A DNA stretch of 64,000 nt from Negaprion brevirostris (GCA_030324005.1 JARDVH010000121.1:30770704-30834703); one strand, 5' to 3'. Counted from the stretch's first letter, positions 1 to 12,799 are shown. A program made the numbers and translations. The notes: generated from the sequence alone by a model not told the origin.

Positions 1-59
1 CCGCGCCGCCTTTTCAACAAAGCATTTTCCTACACCTACCCTGCCCTGTGTGTTGAGAA

Positions 60-235
60 CATTGAGGGAGAATTTAGTATGGCCAATGCACCTAACCAGC
101 ATGTCTTTGAGACTGTAGGAGGATACCAGAGAACCCGGAGGAAACCCATGCAGGCAGTGGGAGAATGTGCAGATTCTGCAAATCGAACCTAGGTCCTTGG
201 TGCAGTGAGGCAGCAGTGCTAACCGCTGTGCCACT
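60..235 (-). mobile_element. HE1/V-SINE-type tRNA-derived SINE (partial)
   Basis: Reverse complement of the tRNA head (gtggcacagcggttagcactgctgcctcac) and central ccggaggaaacccatgca...gggagaatgtgca block shared with >12 other copies in the window. Confidence 0.85.
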
Positions 236-389
236 GTCTAGAAAGTCATTTTATCTAATATATATATTCATACAAATTGGATAAATCATTTAAGATATAA
301 ACTAAATACATAATAAGTCAATCAGCCTGAATTTATATAATTACAACAACTTTTAATCTTTTTAACTTTTAACCCTTAATGTAATAAAA

Positions 390-1255
390 CATTTGAAGGC
401 ACTTTCAGTGTGTTATCAAGCAAGATTTGACAATGAGCCACATAAAACAATATTAGACAGGTTGATCAAAATCTTGATCAGAGAGATAAGCTTTAAATCG
501 AGTCTTAAAAGAGAAAGAGAAGTTGTGTGCCAGAGAGGTTCAGGGAGCAAACTGGCAGCTAAGGGCACAGGAACCATTGTGAGCAGTTAAAATTGTGAAT
601 GCTCAAGAGACTAGAATTGGAGGAGCATAGATCTCGGGGAGAGTTGTGCGGTTGGAGGAGATTATAGAGACAGGGAGAAGAGAGGCCATGGAGAAACTTG
701 AAAACAATTGTGTGAATTTTAAATCGAAAATCAGTGACTGGGAGCTACAGTAGGACATTGAGCAGTCAGGTGATGGGTGAATTAGACTTGGTGCAAGTAA
801 GAACAATAGCAGGAGAGTTTTGGATGAGATCAAGTCTACAGAGGGTAGAATTTGGGAGACAATCTCAGAATACGCTGAAGCAGTCAGGTCTGGAGGCAAC
901 AAAGGCATGGATATGTGATTCCATAGGAGATAAGCTGAAGCAAGGTGAGTCAGGCAGTATTACAAAGATGGAAATTGACAAGATCATGATGATACGGATG
1001 TGTGGTTGGGAACTCACCTTGGGGTCAAATATGACACCAAAAGTTGCGAAAGGAATTGTTCAATATTAGGCAGTTCCCAGGAAGAGCAATGGAGATGGTA
1101 ACAGGAACTGAAGACAATGACTTTTGTCTTCTCAGTGTTGAACTTAGGGAAAATTCTGCTCATTCGATATTGGATGGCAGACAAAAAGTTTGATCATTTA
1201 TTTATAGCAGGTGTGTAAAAACAAATGGTGGTGAGATAGAGCTGGGGGGATCAAC
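390..1255 (-). mobile_element. L2-clade LINE, 3' RT fragment (decayed)
   Basis: Minus strand reads IHAFVASRPDC...LPNSTLCRLDLIQNS...TCTKSNSPIT, matching the L2 RT C-terminal IHAFVTSRLDYCN...LQLIQNSAAR...PITP block, with stops. Confidence 0.8.
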
Positions 1256-1379
1256 ATACATTTAATCAACCAATTATAAATAGCAAATAAAAGATTATAT
1301 AAATACCAAAAAAGTAAAGTAAAAAAATTGTAAGTTGCTATTTAAATAATCAATAGATGACAGATTCCACTAATCAAAG

Positions 1380-1690
1380 AAATAATGACTTTCCATAGCA
1401 CCATCCTCTAAAGTGTTTTTCAGAGTTGCTTGAGGGATAAATATTGGTCAGGACACCTAAGAGATGTGTGGGTTTGGTTGATTGGCTATGCTAAATTAAC
1501 CCTAGTGTCGGGTATTAGGAGGGTAAATATGTGGGGTTCTGGGCGGGATTGTGGTCAGTGCACACTTGATGGGCTGAATGGCCTCTGTCTGCTCTATAGG
1601 GATTTATGAGATCTCTTTCAAATAGTGCACAGGAGTTTTTAATGTTCACCTGAGAAGTCAGATAAGGCTTTGTTTGACGTCTGATTTAAA
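1380..1690 (-). mobile_element. DeuSINE fragment split by an HE1 3' half (+ strand, ~1459-1612)
   Basis: Deu-domain gagggataaatattggtcaggacacc stops at ~1458 and resumes at ~1613 (ctctttcaaatagtgc...ttcacctgaga); the intervening DNA matches the HE1 tail. Confidence 0.7.
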
Positions 1691-1743
1691 AAATGAATAA
1701 CAAGTTGAGTCCATCCAATAGAACGCAAGAAATGTTCTGGGCA

Positions 1744-2082
1744 GGGAGAGATGATAGCTAGTGGTATTACCACTAGACTATTAATCCAGAAACTCAGCTA
1801 ATGTTCTGTGGTCTCGGATTGGAATCATTCCATGGCAGCTGGTGGAATTTGAATTCCATTTTAAAAAAATCTGGAATTAAGAATCTAATGATGAACATGA
1901 AACCATCGTCAATTGTCAGAAATACCCACCTGGTTCACTAACATCGTTTAGGGAAGGAAATCTGCCATCCTTACCCGGCCTGGCCTACATGTGACTCCAG
2001 AGTCACGGCAATGTAGTTGACTCTTAACTGCCCTCGGGCAATTAGGGGTGGGCAATAAATGCTGGCAAGCCAGCGATGCCTA
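1744..2082 (+). mobile_element. Second tRNA-derived SINE family with LINE-derived tail
   Basis: tRNA-like head (tagctagtggtattaccactagact) and 3' tail gggcaataaatgctggcaagccagcgatgcc; homologous copy on the minus strand at 7590-8246. Confidence 0.75.
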
Positions 2083-2699
2083 TGATCAAATTTTTAAAAT
2101 TGCAAAGTGAAATGCAGGCCAAGGGAGATGGACAGTCCCAGCTAGACGTTATAGTATTGGGGGTGAGTACACCATGGGTTAGGGTGCTCTGAAGGCTTTG
2201 CACAATGTGCCTAGTCATGAGGGAGAAGTTATGAGGCAACCAGAAGATGGAATGAGATAAATGTGGCAACAAAAGTGAATATTAACTACAACTTTAAAAT
2301 TACCTGCACCTCGAACAAGATCAGGCGAATTCCCATGTACAAGATCCATTGTCCCAAATATCAGCTGCACGCCCTTACATAGGGAGGGATAAATATGACA
2401 GTGCACATCACCAATGTATCCTGCTGTGTAGCAAAAGTGATTTAGTATAAAACATGCTTGGAACAGGTGTGATTGTTCGTGTTACTCGTGTTCATGTTGA
2501 ATCAAGTGTTAAATCACTGTACAAGTATGTACAACTGTGCTTTCAGTGTTGCATCTTGGTCAGACAGAGTTTCAATCATCTGGATCCATGTCAATTGCTG
2601 GTATTATTATGCAGATAATCATCAATTTACAAATGATAATCGATTCCCTTACTCTAAATGATGGGTTGGTAGGTGCACATTTTTTTGGTTTTATTGCCC

Positions 2700-2800
2700 A
2701 TTTTGAATTTGAAACCATATTGGCTTTTTTCCAACCCACTGGTAGCTCCTTCGGGTCCAGTGGCTCCTTCATAATGATTGTCAGTGGTTCATTAATCTGC
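2700..2800 (-). mobile_element. Short LINE RT fragment (CR1-like)
   Basis: ORF peptide EPLTIIMKEPLDPKELPVGWKKANMV resembles the CR1 'PLSIIFxxSxxxGxVPxDWKxANV' motif. Confidence 0.5.
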
Positions 2801-5204
2801 TCATTTAGTCTCATTTAATATTCTGGGGTAAATAGCTCATGTTCTATGAGGATGTTTTACGCTTTTCTTTAAACCTATCTCAAATGTTCGTTTATTCCCT
2901 GGAATGTTTCTTAAGTGTTAAATCTTCCAATGATTATTTTGAATGTTACAATTTAAGAAATCACATTCATAATGACTAATCGTAAGACAAAATGAGTTAT
3001 CAGAATAAATTTCCATTAACTAAACTGTAATCATTTGAAGCATCTGTAAATTTAATCTTCCAAAGACATGATAGCAAAGGCTTTTTGTGTAAATTCATTG
3101 TTCTCTTCAAAAAAAACTTTGATAAAAATGTGTATCAGACATCAGAATATCTCATTATCGGAGCAGCTTGCTCTCTCTATCTGTGAGCAGCTGGTTTCAG
3201 TCACAGCAAGTCGTAAAATATCACTGTTTCCTAAAACCAATACAGCTGGGAAATTTTGTGCCAAATTTCATGCTGTGTGTCCTTCATGCTCCAGTCTTAA
3301 GAAGCGACCATGTTTCCAGTCTCCCAGGCTCCCAGTCAATATCTTCAAAGATGGATGCTTCTTTAAAGCAAATATTGATTGTGGATATTGAAGATATGGT
3401 GTCATTTGTCATTGCTAATATTATTTAGAGTTATTGTTAAAAGCTGTAACATGAGAGGTGACCAGGCTTAGGGGAAAACAGGGAATAGAGAGTGCCTCAG
3501 TTATGATAGATGACTGCACGGTCTTGGCTTTTATTGCTAGGGAGCAGTTGGCTGCTGTTTGGTTTACCTTTTTCCAAGAAAAACAGTTTGATGGGTTATG
3601 GAAGTGAACAGTATCATTCTGTCATATATGGCGTGAACCTTCTAGGGTGGTCTGTTCAGCTGTGGAGGAAGGGAGGTCAACTTCTTTACAAAATACTTTC
3701 AACAGGAAAAGAATTTTTACAGAGGGATCTCTATCATAATTTCTAAGTTAAAATACACAATAGCTTGGCTTTTGAAATAGGGTCATACATAAAGTGATAT
3801 GTATTTTAAAAGGCACAGGATTTTTTTTAATGCTGAGCTGGTAAAATAGTTCCACTGAGCTGACGACATATTTGTTGAAATACATATTTGCTTCTCACTT
3901 TTCCTTGATTTTTGCCGGGGCATAGAACCTCAGGCATTGACAATTTTCTGGTACCATGTGTCCACACTTAATGTGTAACCCCAGCCTGTGGTGCCAGCAG
4001 ATTCTGGAACCACTGGAGCACCAGAGACAATTCCAATTCTGCCCCTGTTCAACATCCGCGTATACAAATGCATTGCTGCATGATTATTGGAAAATGTTTT
4101 TTCTGGCTGGTTTCCCCCCCCCCCCTCCTCCCATCCTGTCTGGGGATACTCATCCAGAAAGCTCTTAAAGTGAGGTGGAAAATTATTTTGGGATTGGATA
4201 AATGTGGGCATTGGATTCCGGGATGCTAATCAGATTAGCACACGCCTTTTTAATTCATTGTTGTCATTAAATTGTGTGCATTGTTTAATTAAGATGTGTT
4301 TAATTTGTTTCTGTCACTGTCTGACTTCCAACTAATTTCACAGCAGCAGCACCAAGGCAGAATAATGAAGGTTCTTAGGTTAAGCAAAACTATGCATCTT
4401 TTGTTAGTTTTCCATTGGTTCTCAGCCAATTAATAATGTACAATTAGTAACTGTGTTGCAGTAATTTACAAAATCTGATGTTGCTCCGAAAANNNNNNNN
4501 NNNNNNNNNNNNNNNNNNNNNNNNNNNNNNNNNNNNNNNNNNNNNNNNNNNNNNNNNNNNNNNNNNNNNNNNNNNNNNNNNNNNNNNNNNNNNNNNNNNN
4601 NNNNNNNNNNNNNNNNNNNNNNNNNNNNNNNNNNNNNNNNNNNNNNNNNNNNNNNNNNNNNNNNNNNNNNNNNNNNNNNNNNNNNNNNNNNNNNNNNNNN
4701 NNNNNNNNNNNNNNNNNNNNNNNNNNNNNNNNNNNNNNNNNNNNNNNNNNNNNNNNNNNNNNNNNNNNNNNNNNNNNNNNNNNNNNNNNNNNNNNNNNNN
4801 NNNNNNNNNNNNNNNNNNNNNNNNNNNNNNNNNNNNNNNNNNNNNNNNNNNNNNNNNNNNNNNNNNNNNNNNNNNNNNNNNNNNNNNNNNNNNNNNNNNN
4901 NNNNNNNNNNNNNNNNNNNNNNNNNNNNNNNNNNNNNNNNNNNNNNNNNNNNNNNNNNNNNNNNNNNNNNNNNNNNNNNNNNNNNNNNNNNNNNNNNNNN
5001 NNNNNNNNNNNNNNNNNNNNNNNNNNNNNNNNNNNNNNNNNNNNNNNNNNNNNNNNNNNNNNNNNNNNNNNNNNNNNNNNNNNNNNNNNNNNNNNNNNNN
5101 NNNNNNNNNNNNNNNNNNNNNNNNNNNNNNGAATAGGAAACATTTTATTAAGTATAAATAGATGCCAATAAAAGACTCATGCTAGTTCCACAAATAGATT
5201 AGAT

Positions 5205-5355
5205 GAATCATCGAAAATAGGAGTTGGCCATTTGGCCCATCAAGCCTGCTCTGCCATTCATTATGATTACGGCTGATCACTCAATATCCTATTCCTGTCC
5301 CTCTCCTCTTTCTGCCTGCCCCCCCCCCCCCCACTCCACATCCTTTGATCCCTTT
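5205..5355 (-). mobile_element. CR1 (HER1-like) LINE 3' terminus
   Basis: aataggagttggccatttggcccatcaagcctgctctgccattca is the reverse complement of the CR1 3' UTR seen at ~26690-26730 and ~32045-32090. Confidence 0.7.
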
Positions 5356-5721
5356 TGAAGTAGAAGAAAGTGGGAGGGTTAATTTCTTATCGAGGAGTAT
5401 CCATTCACATTGGATATTTCTCATTACAGACGTTGTGGAATGACTGAGTTTGTTCAGTTCTAAGTGTATTTGTAATGGTTCCAGAATTTCTGTGCTTGAG
5501 CAAAGAGTTAGTGTTAACTCAGTAAATAAAGCTTAATCAAACGGATCCAGAATTTTCTGCAATGACATTGCAATGATTAAACAAAACTAGCATTCTTATC
5601 CACACCATTGATGAGTATTTTGGGCAATTTTTACACCTGAAGAGTAAACAGAAAGATGCAATTGGTTAAGAAAATTCTAAGCATCATACTGTGTGGTCGG
5701 CAGCATCTTTTGCTCTTTTAT

Positions 5722-6143
5722 GGTGTCAGCTGTGGCTCTGTTTGCAGCATTCTCAGCTCCTTGAGTCAGAAAGTTGTGGGTTCAAGTCCCACTCCAGAGA
5801 CTTCCACAGGAAGTTGGGTTAGCACTGCACTGCAATACTGAATGTGTGTCCAAGTCCCCCTGTCTGCTTTCTCAGATAGGCATTGAAGAACCTATGGCAA
5901 CATTTTGAAGAAGAACGGGTGAGTTATTCCTTTCTACCATGATCAATATTATATCCCTCAATCAACATCACAGGGAGAGACAATCGGTTTATGGATGTTT
6001 ATGGTGCTTGCTGTGTGCAAATTGGTTGCAATTTCTTTTTCTATATTTCAACAGTGACCTTGCTTGACAAGTATTACCTAGGCTGAAAGCCATTTGTCCT
6101 GAGGTTGTGAAAAGCACTATATAAATGTTAGTCATCCTTTCTT
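5722..6143 (+). mobile_element. DeuSINE (SacSINE1/AmnSINE-like), near full length
   Basis: tRNA head with B-box (ggttcaagtcc), Deu-domain (gaagaag...gagttattcc...caatattatatccctcaatcaacatcac) and L2-like tail gaggttgtgaaaagcactatataaatg. Confidence 0.75.
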
Positions 6144-7174
6144 AAGTTCTAGGCAATGAGTTATAAAATGGTAAAGTCCTATTCGATGACTAAGATGAAG
6201 TGTACCTACTGTAGTGCACTAAACTTCGGCCTTGAAATTACAATGTGAAGTAATGACATATAAATACTTACTGCATTTATAGGAATAGCCGCATCTCTGC
6301 AACTGATCAAAGGTATTTAGCTGTTTAATGTAAAATAGATGAATAGCTTCGCTAACATGTTAGAGGGAAATATTTTTTAAAATTGTTGTAGCATCTGTGG
6401 TGTCTACCAATATAATTTTGAGCATTTAAGAATAATTTCATAATTATTTCAGAAGCATTACCAGATTACTTTCTAAATATGTTGTTCAGCTTTAGAGCAA
6501 CAGTAATTTTAAATGCTCTTGAGTTAGAAGGGTGGACTGTTGAACTCTGCAAGGAAGAATGATGACCGCAGTATGACAGGGTACTTGCAAACTGAACTGT
6601 GCATTAATCCCAGGGTCACTTTGCAAAGCCTACATACTTTGAATTAAAGGAGGTTGAGCTACTTCCCCTGCCCCTTACCAATGCCGCACCGCAACCACCC
6701 CCCCATTCCCTTTTCCCCAGAGATCACATCTCATGGATACTCTTTGTATACTATTAAATTAAGCTGTGTCCTGAAGTTCTCTTAGGAAATGTTACATTGA
6801 CATGTAACAGGAAATCAGGAAATGACTGTGAAAGAAGAGAAGTCTAACAGATCCCAATGGTAGAAAAGGGAGCCCATGAAGAGAAAATGAAAGAATTCCA
6901 TTGCCTTGAAAAATGGATTATATAATTACACAATGTTATAGCACATAAAACAGCTATTGGCTAATCATATCACAGAGCTAGTGCTTTTCTCCATATGAGT
7001 CATCCAATATAATCGGAGTCTCCGACTCACTCCCCATATTCTCTAATATTCTTCTTCAACAACTGTATAATCTCCGTTTATAATTAGTTATAGACTCTTT
7101 TTCAATATAAGATTTAGGAGGGAATTATACATTTTAACTCCATTCCTGAATAAAAAAATATATTTCCACCCATC

Positions 7175-7373
7175 TGTTATGGTGTTATATTATTCATAAA
7201 GAAACAAGTACTAACTATTGTCAGAATATACAATTGGGTGCCATGCTTTCTGTTGTACTGGAGTCACGTACCAAGTAACAATGTACCAGTCCACTTGGAG
7301 AGCAGAAATAAGTACACTCGATGAACTTCCAGCATTTTGAAACTGATGTGTGATCATTATAAATAACATAACA
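7175..7373 (+). repeat. 5' LTR of the Gypsy element
   Basis: Perfect 7-bp terminal inverted repeats TGTTATG...CATAACA; aligns by eye to 13782-13971 (shared taaagaaa, actggagt, tccagcattttgaa). Confidence 0.8.
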
Positions 7374-7589
7374 TGTTGGCACTGGGTGCCTCTGAATAAT
7401 AACCAAAACATTTTAAAATAAATCAATCTGGACTATACAAGAGAGAGAGAAAATAATTAATGAATCATGAAAAAATGAAAGGATGCTGCAACAATAAACA
7501 CATAACCACAGACTTTCATAAATTGGGAGGCTGTCAATGATGTTAAAGGCTTTTGAAAAGTTTTTATAAACTTTACATTTTTCTTATTC

Positions 7590-8246
7590 TTGCTGGCAAG
7601 GCTAGCATTGGATATCCATCCCTTATTTTCCTTGAACTGAGTGGCATTTAAGAGTCAACCACGTTGCTGTGTGTCTGGAGTCAGATAAAATCATAGAAAC
7701 TGTACAGTGCAGAAGGAGGCCATTCAGCCTATCAAGTGTGCACTGACAACAATCCCACCCCAGGCCCAAACCCCACAATCCCACACATTTACCCTCTAAC
7801 CTACACATCTCGGGACATCAAGTGACAATTTACCATGGCCAATCAATCTAACACACACATCTTTGGACTGTTAGAGGAAACCAGAGCACCTGCAGGAAAC
7901 CCACGCAGACATGGGGAGAATGTGCAAACTCCACACAGAGACAGTGACCCAAGCCAGGNNNNNNNNNNNNNNNNNNNNNNNNNNCACTGCTAACTATTGT
8001 GCTGCATGTAGGCCAAAGCATGTGAAAAAAGTAGATTTTCTTCCCTAAAGGGCATGACTGACGCAAATGGGTTTTTACAATAATTGACAATTCATTGTTG
8101 AGATTAGTTTTTTTTTAATATACCAGAATTATCAATTGTATTTAAATTTCACCAGCTGTCACGTGGGGATTTGAACCCATGCTTCCAGAGCATTAGCCCC
8201 TGGAAAATATCTAGTGCAGTGACATTACCACTACACCACCATCTCC
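7590..8246 (-). mobile_element. Second-family tRNA SINE inserted in Gypsy gag, itself interrupted by HE1
   Basis: Reverse complement of 1744-2082; breaks after gtctggagtca (~7683) and resumes tgtaggcc (~8006). Confidence 0.8.
7688..8005 (-). mobile_element. HE1/V-SINE
   Basis: aatcatagaaactgtacagtgcagaaggaggccattcagcc tail through gacagtgacccaagccagg. Confidence 0.88.
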
Positions 8247-8249
8247 CTC

Positions 8250-10140
8250 TCTTTTTCCTCTTTGGACAGGAGAGAAAGGGTTAAATTTGCTTAGCAATTG
8301 GGAGTTGAGTGAAGATGACAGCAAAAGCCCAGACACCATTTTTGAAAAATTCAGCACACATCTCAATGCCAAAGTCAAATCATTGGATTTACTGGTATGA
8401 ATTTCAAGGCCCGGGGCAGGAATCAACTGAGCCTATTGACAAGTTCATAACAAGACTGTAAAAATGCAACTAGAAAATGTAAAATTAGAACACAGATGAA
8501 AGGCTGTTAGATCAGCTCACCTGGGGCTCTGCACACCCTGAAGTGCAAGAAGATTTAATTGGAAAGGAGAAAATATCGCAGGCCATAGACGCTACCAAAG
8601 CAAATGAAGCCACAAGTAGAGAGGTGAAGATCTCAGTTAAGTCAAGAGAAAGGCAGCAAGGTTGATGAGGTGAAACCACAACAAAAAATGCATACCAAAT
8701 ATGGATTAAGATGTGTAAGTGGTGTAAATGAATTCACAGCAGAAGGAAATGTTCCACACATGGATCAAACTGCAGAGCTTTTGGAAAGCCAAGCCATTTG
8801 GAAAAATGTGTAAAATAAAGAGACAGAGAAATGGGGCGAATGTGAAATAAAAGAGACGAATACATCCATACCCTGGAAGATGACATTGAGCTTGAGGGCA
8901 CAATAGGCATCCAGTGCAGAAAATACCATGCAGAGAAAATAAATTCACACAACCATTCAGATCAGCAAGAGGGTGGGGAATAAGCCCACCACCGTAAAGC
9001 TAAAGCTGAAATGTGATACTGGAGAACAAAGGAACATTATCCTACTCAGGCTGTATCAGAAGATCTTTCCTGAAAACTTACAGTAAATGGGTACCCTTAG
9101 GAAAGGCGCTCTGAAAGTTGGGAGTGCCACGCTAATGGCATGTGGGGAAACAGAGATGCTAGAAATGGTTACTGGCATGTGAAAGTTGACAAGCAGTCTT
9201 TGCTGTTGACAACATTCAATACTCCCTTTGGACGGTACAAGTTCCTTGTCGCGTTTTTGGCCATAAAATGAGCAAGGATGTGTTCCAGCAGAAAATACAC
9301 AAGACACAGCAGATGCGAAAGGAGCATTGACGTAGCTGCTGACGTCTAGACTGATGGTGCAGAAGAAAAGGAACATGATCACCATCTACCTGAAGCAATG
9401 GAGAGAATGGAGAGAACCAAGAAAGCTGGGATGAAGCGAAATGCAGACAAATGCATTGTGAAGGTAACAGAATGCCAGGTTTTTGGAATGACCTGCACTC
9501 CTCATGGAATCAAACCAAATTCTGAAAAGCCACAGCCATCTCTGAGGTGCAAGCTCCAAAAGACAAGAAAGAGTTGATAAGTTTTCTTGGCTTGATCCAG
9601 TACATGTGTTCTTTCATACACCACATCAAAACACATAGAAAATCTTGGAGAGCTGATGAAAGAAGATGTTGAATATTCGTGATCAGAGTCACTTAAGAGG
9701 GAGTTTTACCAAACTGAAAGAAGTAGTATGCAAAGACAAGTCCATCATGCTATAACAGAAAATAACCTGTGTCACTTTGCAATGATCTTAGACAAGGACT
9801 GGGAGCATCCCTGGTTCAACCTGGTGTATCCAAAACTTTAATGTCAACTGAGATTGGATATTTCAACATAGAGAGAGAGTTTTTGAAAGTTGTGCATGGA
9901 TGTGAGAAATTCCCATACCTTGATGGGAGAGAGTTTACAATGGGGAATGATCATTGTCCACTGGAGGCGATCTGCAAGAAAAATCTAAGTAAATCTCCAG
10001 GAAAACTGCAGCATTTACCCTCGAGGTTTCAGAGTTATGGTTTCACTCTGAAACACACACCACAGAAGAAATATAAGATAAAAGATTTTGGTATAAAGAT
10101 CCATCACCTTGTGGATGTTTCATCACAAAATCAAATTGGA
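8250..10140 (+). pseudogene. Gypsy gag-pol relic (gag, Zn knuckle, protease, RT, RNase H)
   Basis: KCSTHGSNCRAFGKPSHLEKC knuckle (~8748), KLKCDTGEQRNII protease (9003), TTFNTP/FGRYKFL RT (~9209), SKTLMSTEIGYFNIEREFLKVVHGCEKF...NDHCPLE RNase H (ORF 9769-10329); many stops and frameshifts. Confidence 0.88.
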
Positions 10141-10147
10141 GATATTG

Positions 10148-11336
10148 GGTCCTGTTTTACCGTTTTAATTCGAAGTACTGGCAGACTTGAAGCTGGGAGT
10201 GTTTCAGGTCTGACTTTTAGACCCGTTTTCAGGCGTACCCATATGCATTCTGCCTGTAAAAATACCAGCGATTCTGAATTGCACTGCAGAAGCCTGTGGA
10301 TGGGACTTAACGCACCCAAAATGGTTTGAAGGGAAAGAATAGGCAGGAAGGGAAGTGGGGGGAAGGGAGTCAGCTGAAAGGGAGGAACGACACAACTATC
10401 AGNNNNNNNNNNNNNNNNNNNNNNNNNNNNNNNNNNNNNNNNNNNNNNNNNNNNNNNNNNNNNNNNNNNNNNNNNNNNNNNNNNNNNNNNNNNNNNNNNN
10501 NNNNNNNNNNNNNNNNNNNNNNNNNNNNNNNNNNNNNNNNNNNNNNNNNNNNNNNNNNNNNNNNNNNNNNNNNNNNNNNNNNNNNNNNNNNNNNNNNNNN
10601 NNNNNNNNNNNNNNNNNNNNNNNNNNNNNNNNNNNNNNNNNNNNNNNNNNNNNNNNNNNNNNNNNNNNNNNNNNNNNNNNNNNNNNNNNNNNNNNNNNNN
10701 NNNNNNNNNNNNNNNNNNNNNNNNNNNNNNNNNNNNNNNNNNNNNNNNNNNNNNNNNNNNNNNNNNNNNNNNNNNNNNNNNNNNNNNNNNNNNNNNNNNN
10801 NNNNNNNNNNNNNNNNNNNNNNNNNNNNNNNNNNNNNNNNNNNNNNNNNNNNNNNNNNNNNNNNNNNNNNNNNNNNNNNNNNNNNNNNNNNNNNNNNNNN
10901 NNNNNNNNNNNNNNNNNNNNNNNNNNNNNNNNNNNNNNNNNNNNNNNNNNNNNNNNNNNNNNNNNNNNNNNNNNNNNNNNNNNNNNNNNNNNNNNNNNNN
11001 NNNNNNNNNNNNNNNNNNNNNNNNNNNNNNNNNNNNNNNNNNNNNNNNNNNNNNNNNNNNNNNNNNNNNNNNNNNNNNNNNGAACGCAGTGGTAAAGGGG
11101 GAGGTGCTAGTAAGTTTGGATATGCAGGCCATTAAGTCAATTTAAATACATGCAAATGCATTTAAATTGACATCATGTCTGTTTTGGGCATGGTCCCAAC
11201 AGTGGCCATTTTTGGCACTTGGTAAAGGTGAAACAGGCTGGGAGGCAGGCGAGGATTGCGCTATTCACTTCACGCCCTACTTTACCAAGTTTTCGTGCCG
11301 GAAAACGGGCACAATTTGATGGTAAAATCAGGCCCA
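10148..11336. mobile_element. Non-autonomous DNA transposon (Harbinger-type MITE) inside Gypsy pol
   Basis: Imperfect TIRs gggtcctgttttacc ... ggtaaaatcaggccc; interior largely an N gap. Confidence 0.65.
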
Positions 11337-11353
11337 ATATCAACAAAGGTGAA

Positions 11354-11920
11354 GGGTTGAATTTTGTGTGCCCCTGGTCGATGTGTTTCCCACTCACAGT
11401 TGGGGACGTGTAAAATAGGATGAGTGGCCATTCCACCATAATACTGGGGACAGATGGCTGCTGTAATTGGCAACCCACACACCATTTTTAAACAAACCAT
11501 GATAATACGCTGCCACACCATAAAATATTGAATATGGAGAGCAGGCAAGAAGTGGGAAGTCTGACTATTACGTCAAGTTGTTAAAGAGCAGAAAGGAAGT
11601 GTGCTGGCTGGGGGGGGGGGGTCACTCTTTGATGGCTGCCCTTTGCTGATAGCTGTGTCGTCGCTCCCTTTCGGCTGACTCCCCCACCCCCCCTTCCCTT
11701 CCTACCTATTCTCTCCCTTCAAACCATCACCTTCCCTCCCCACTACCCCAGACCCTCCTGGCCCAAGACCCTGGACTTGCCTGCTCCGAGGATTGGCTGG
11801 CAGCTCCAGAGGGTGGAACTTGGACCTCAACAATTAAGTTCCATACAGCCCTCATTAAACAGCCTGACGGCACGTTATGGCTGGTTTGTGGGTGGCATGC
11901 CTTCGTGCCAGAGGATTTGA
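11354..11920. mobile_element. Second GC-rich MITE-like insert (one TIR visible)
   Basis: Starts gggttgaattttg like other TIRs here; GC-rich body unrelated to the flanking Gypsy pol. Confidence 0.45.
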
Positions 11921-11944
11921 CGGATCCTTTGAACAGTATGTGTT

Positions 11945-12560
11945 CAACATCTTTACCTCATCACCACATTGCCCAATGGGATATGAGCTTATAGAAAGTC
12001 ACATCCAGACTACTATGAGAATCCCACAAAATGTGAAGAGATGAAGGAAGCCCCATTCCTTGCATGCCACCCATATTTACACGTCTCAAGGCTGACATTA
12101 AATTGCGTGCAATGCTGTTGAATGGAAGAAAATATCTGACAACTCTGACAAACAAGATACTTCCTCCAGTGACTGGGAGGAAGTATCAACTCACTGGTGC
12201 ACAAGTAGAAGGAAGTTGACACTTCAACAAGCATGCTAACTCCGTGCCTAAGCATTGAAAGGACGAACTGTACGCGTACAGGATTGAACTGTGAAAACCT
12301 AGAACCCAGCAAAAGTTGTTGTTAAAGCTGAGACTCAAAGGTCTCATGGAGATGAAAACTGATAAACAAGTGAGAAGGAACAGATTTGACCTCGAGAAAA
12401 GCTGAGAAAAGCAAAGCAGGTCATCAACAGCATCAACAATATCACCAACCAGTGAGACAACAATTCCAGCATCATTAACATCAACAGTGTCACCAGCAAG
12501 TGGCACGTCAGTGACTTCAAGCATGACTTTCACAACACCAAGAGCAACATGCTTAACATT
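11945..12560 (+). pseudogene. Gypsy integrase relic
   Basis: FTSSPHCP (cf. TSSPHYPQSNG), MLLNGRKYLTTL, and PAKVVVKAETQRS...RRNRFDL C-terminal motifs. Confidence 0.75.
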
Positions 12561-12799
12561 GCTTGTGCAGTGTGCCTACTCACCACTGAGAATGATGAAT
12601 GCCAAATCTAGAAGTTTGAAGCACAATACCTAAGTGATACTGTAAATGATGTTAGTCTGAGAAAAGGAAACAAGCTTTAAAAGATTCTTTGGGGGTTTAT
12701 TTTTAAAAGTCAATTATTAATCTTCTTCAGGTTGGAAAAAAAGTTAATGACTGGGACAATTATTTTGATACGGAAGCATTTTTTTTAAAGGAAGAGAGA

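Noticed and set aside
4466-5161. Long ORFs (also 10131-11135 and 41646-42821)
   Set aside because: Length comes from translating through N gaps
9769-10329. 186-aa ORF as a domesticated gene
   Set aside because: Decayed Gypsy RNase H running into a MITE, surrounded by stops and frameshifts
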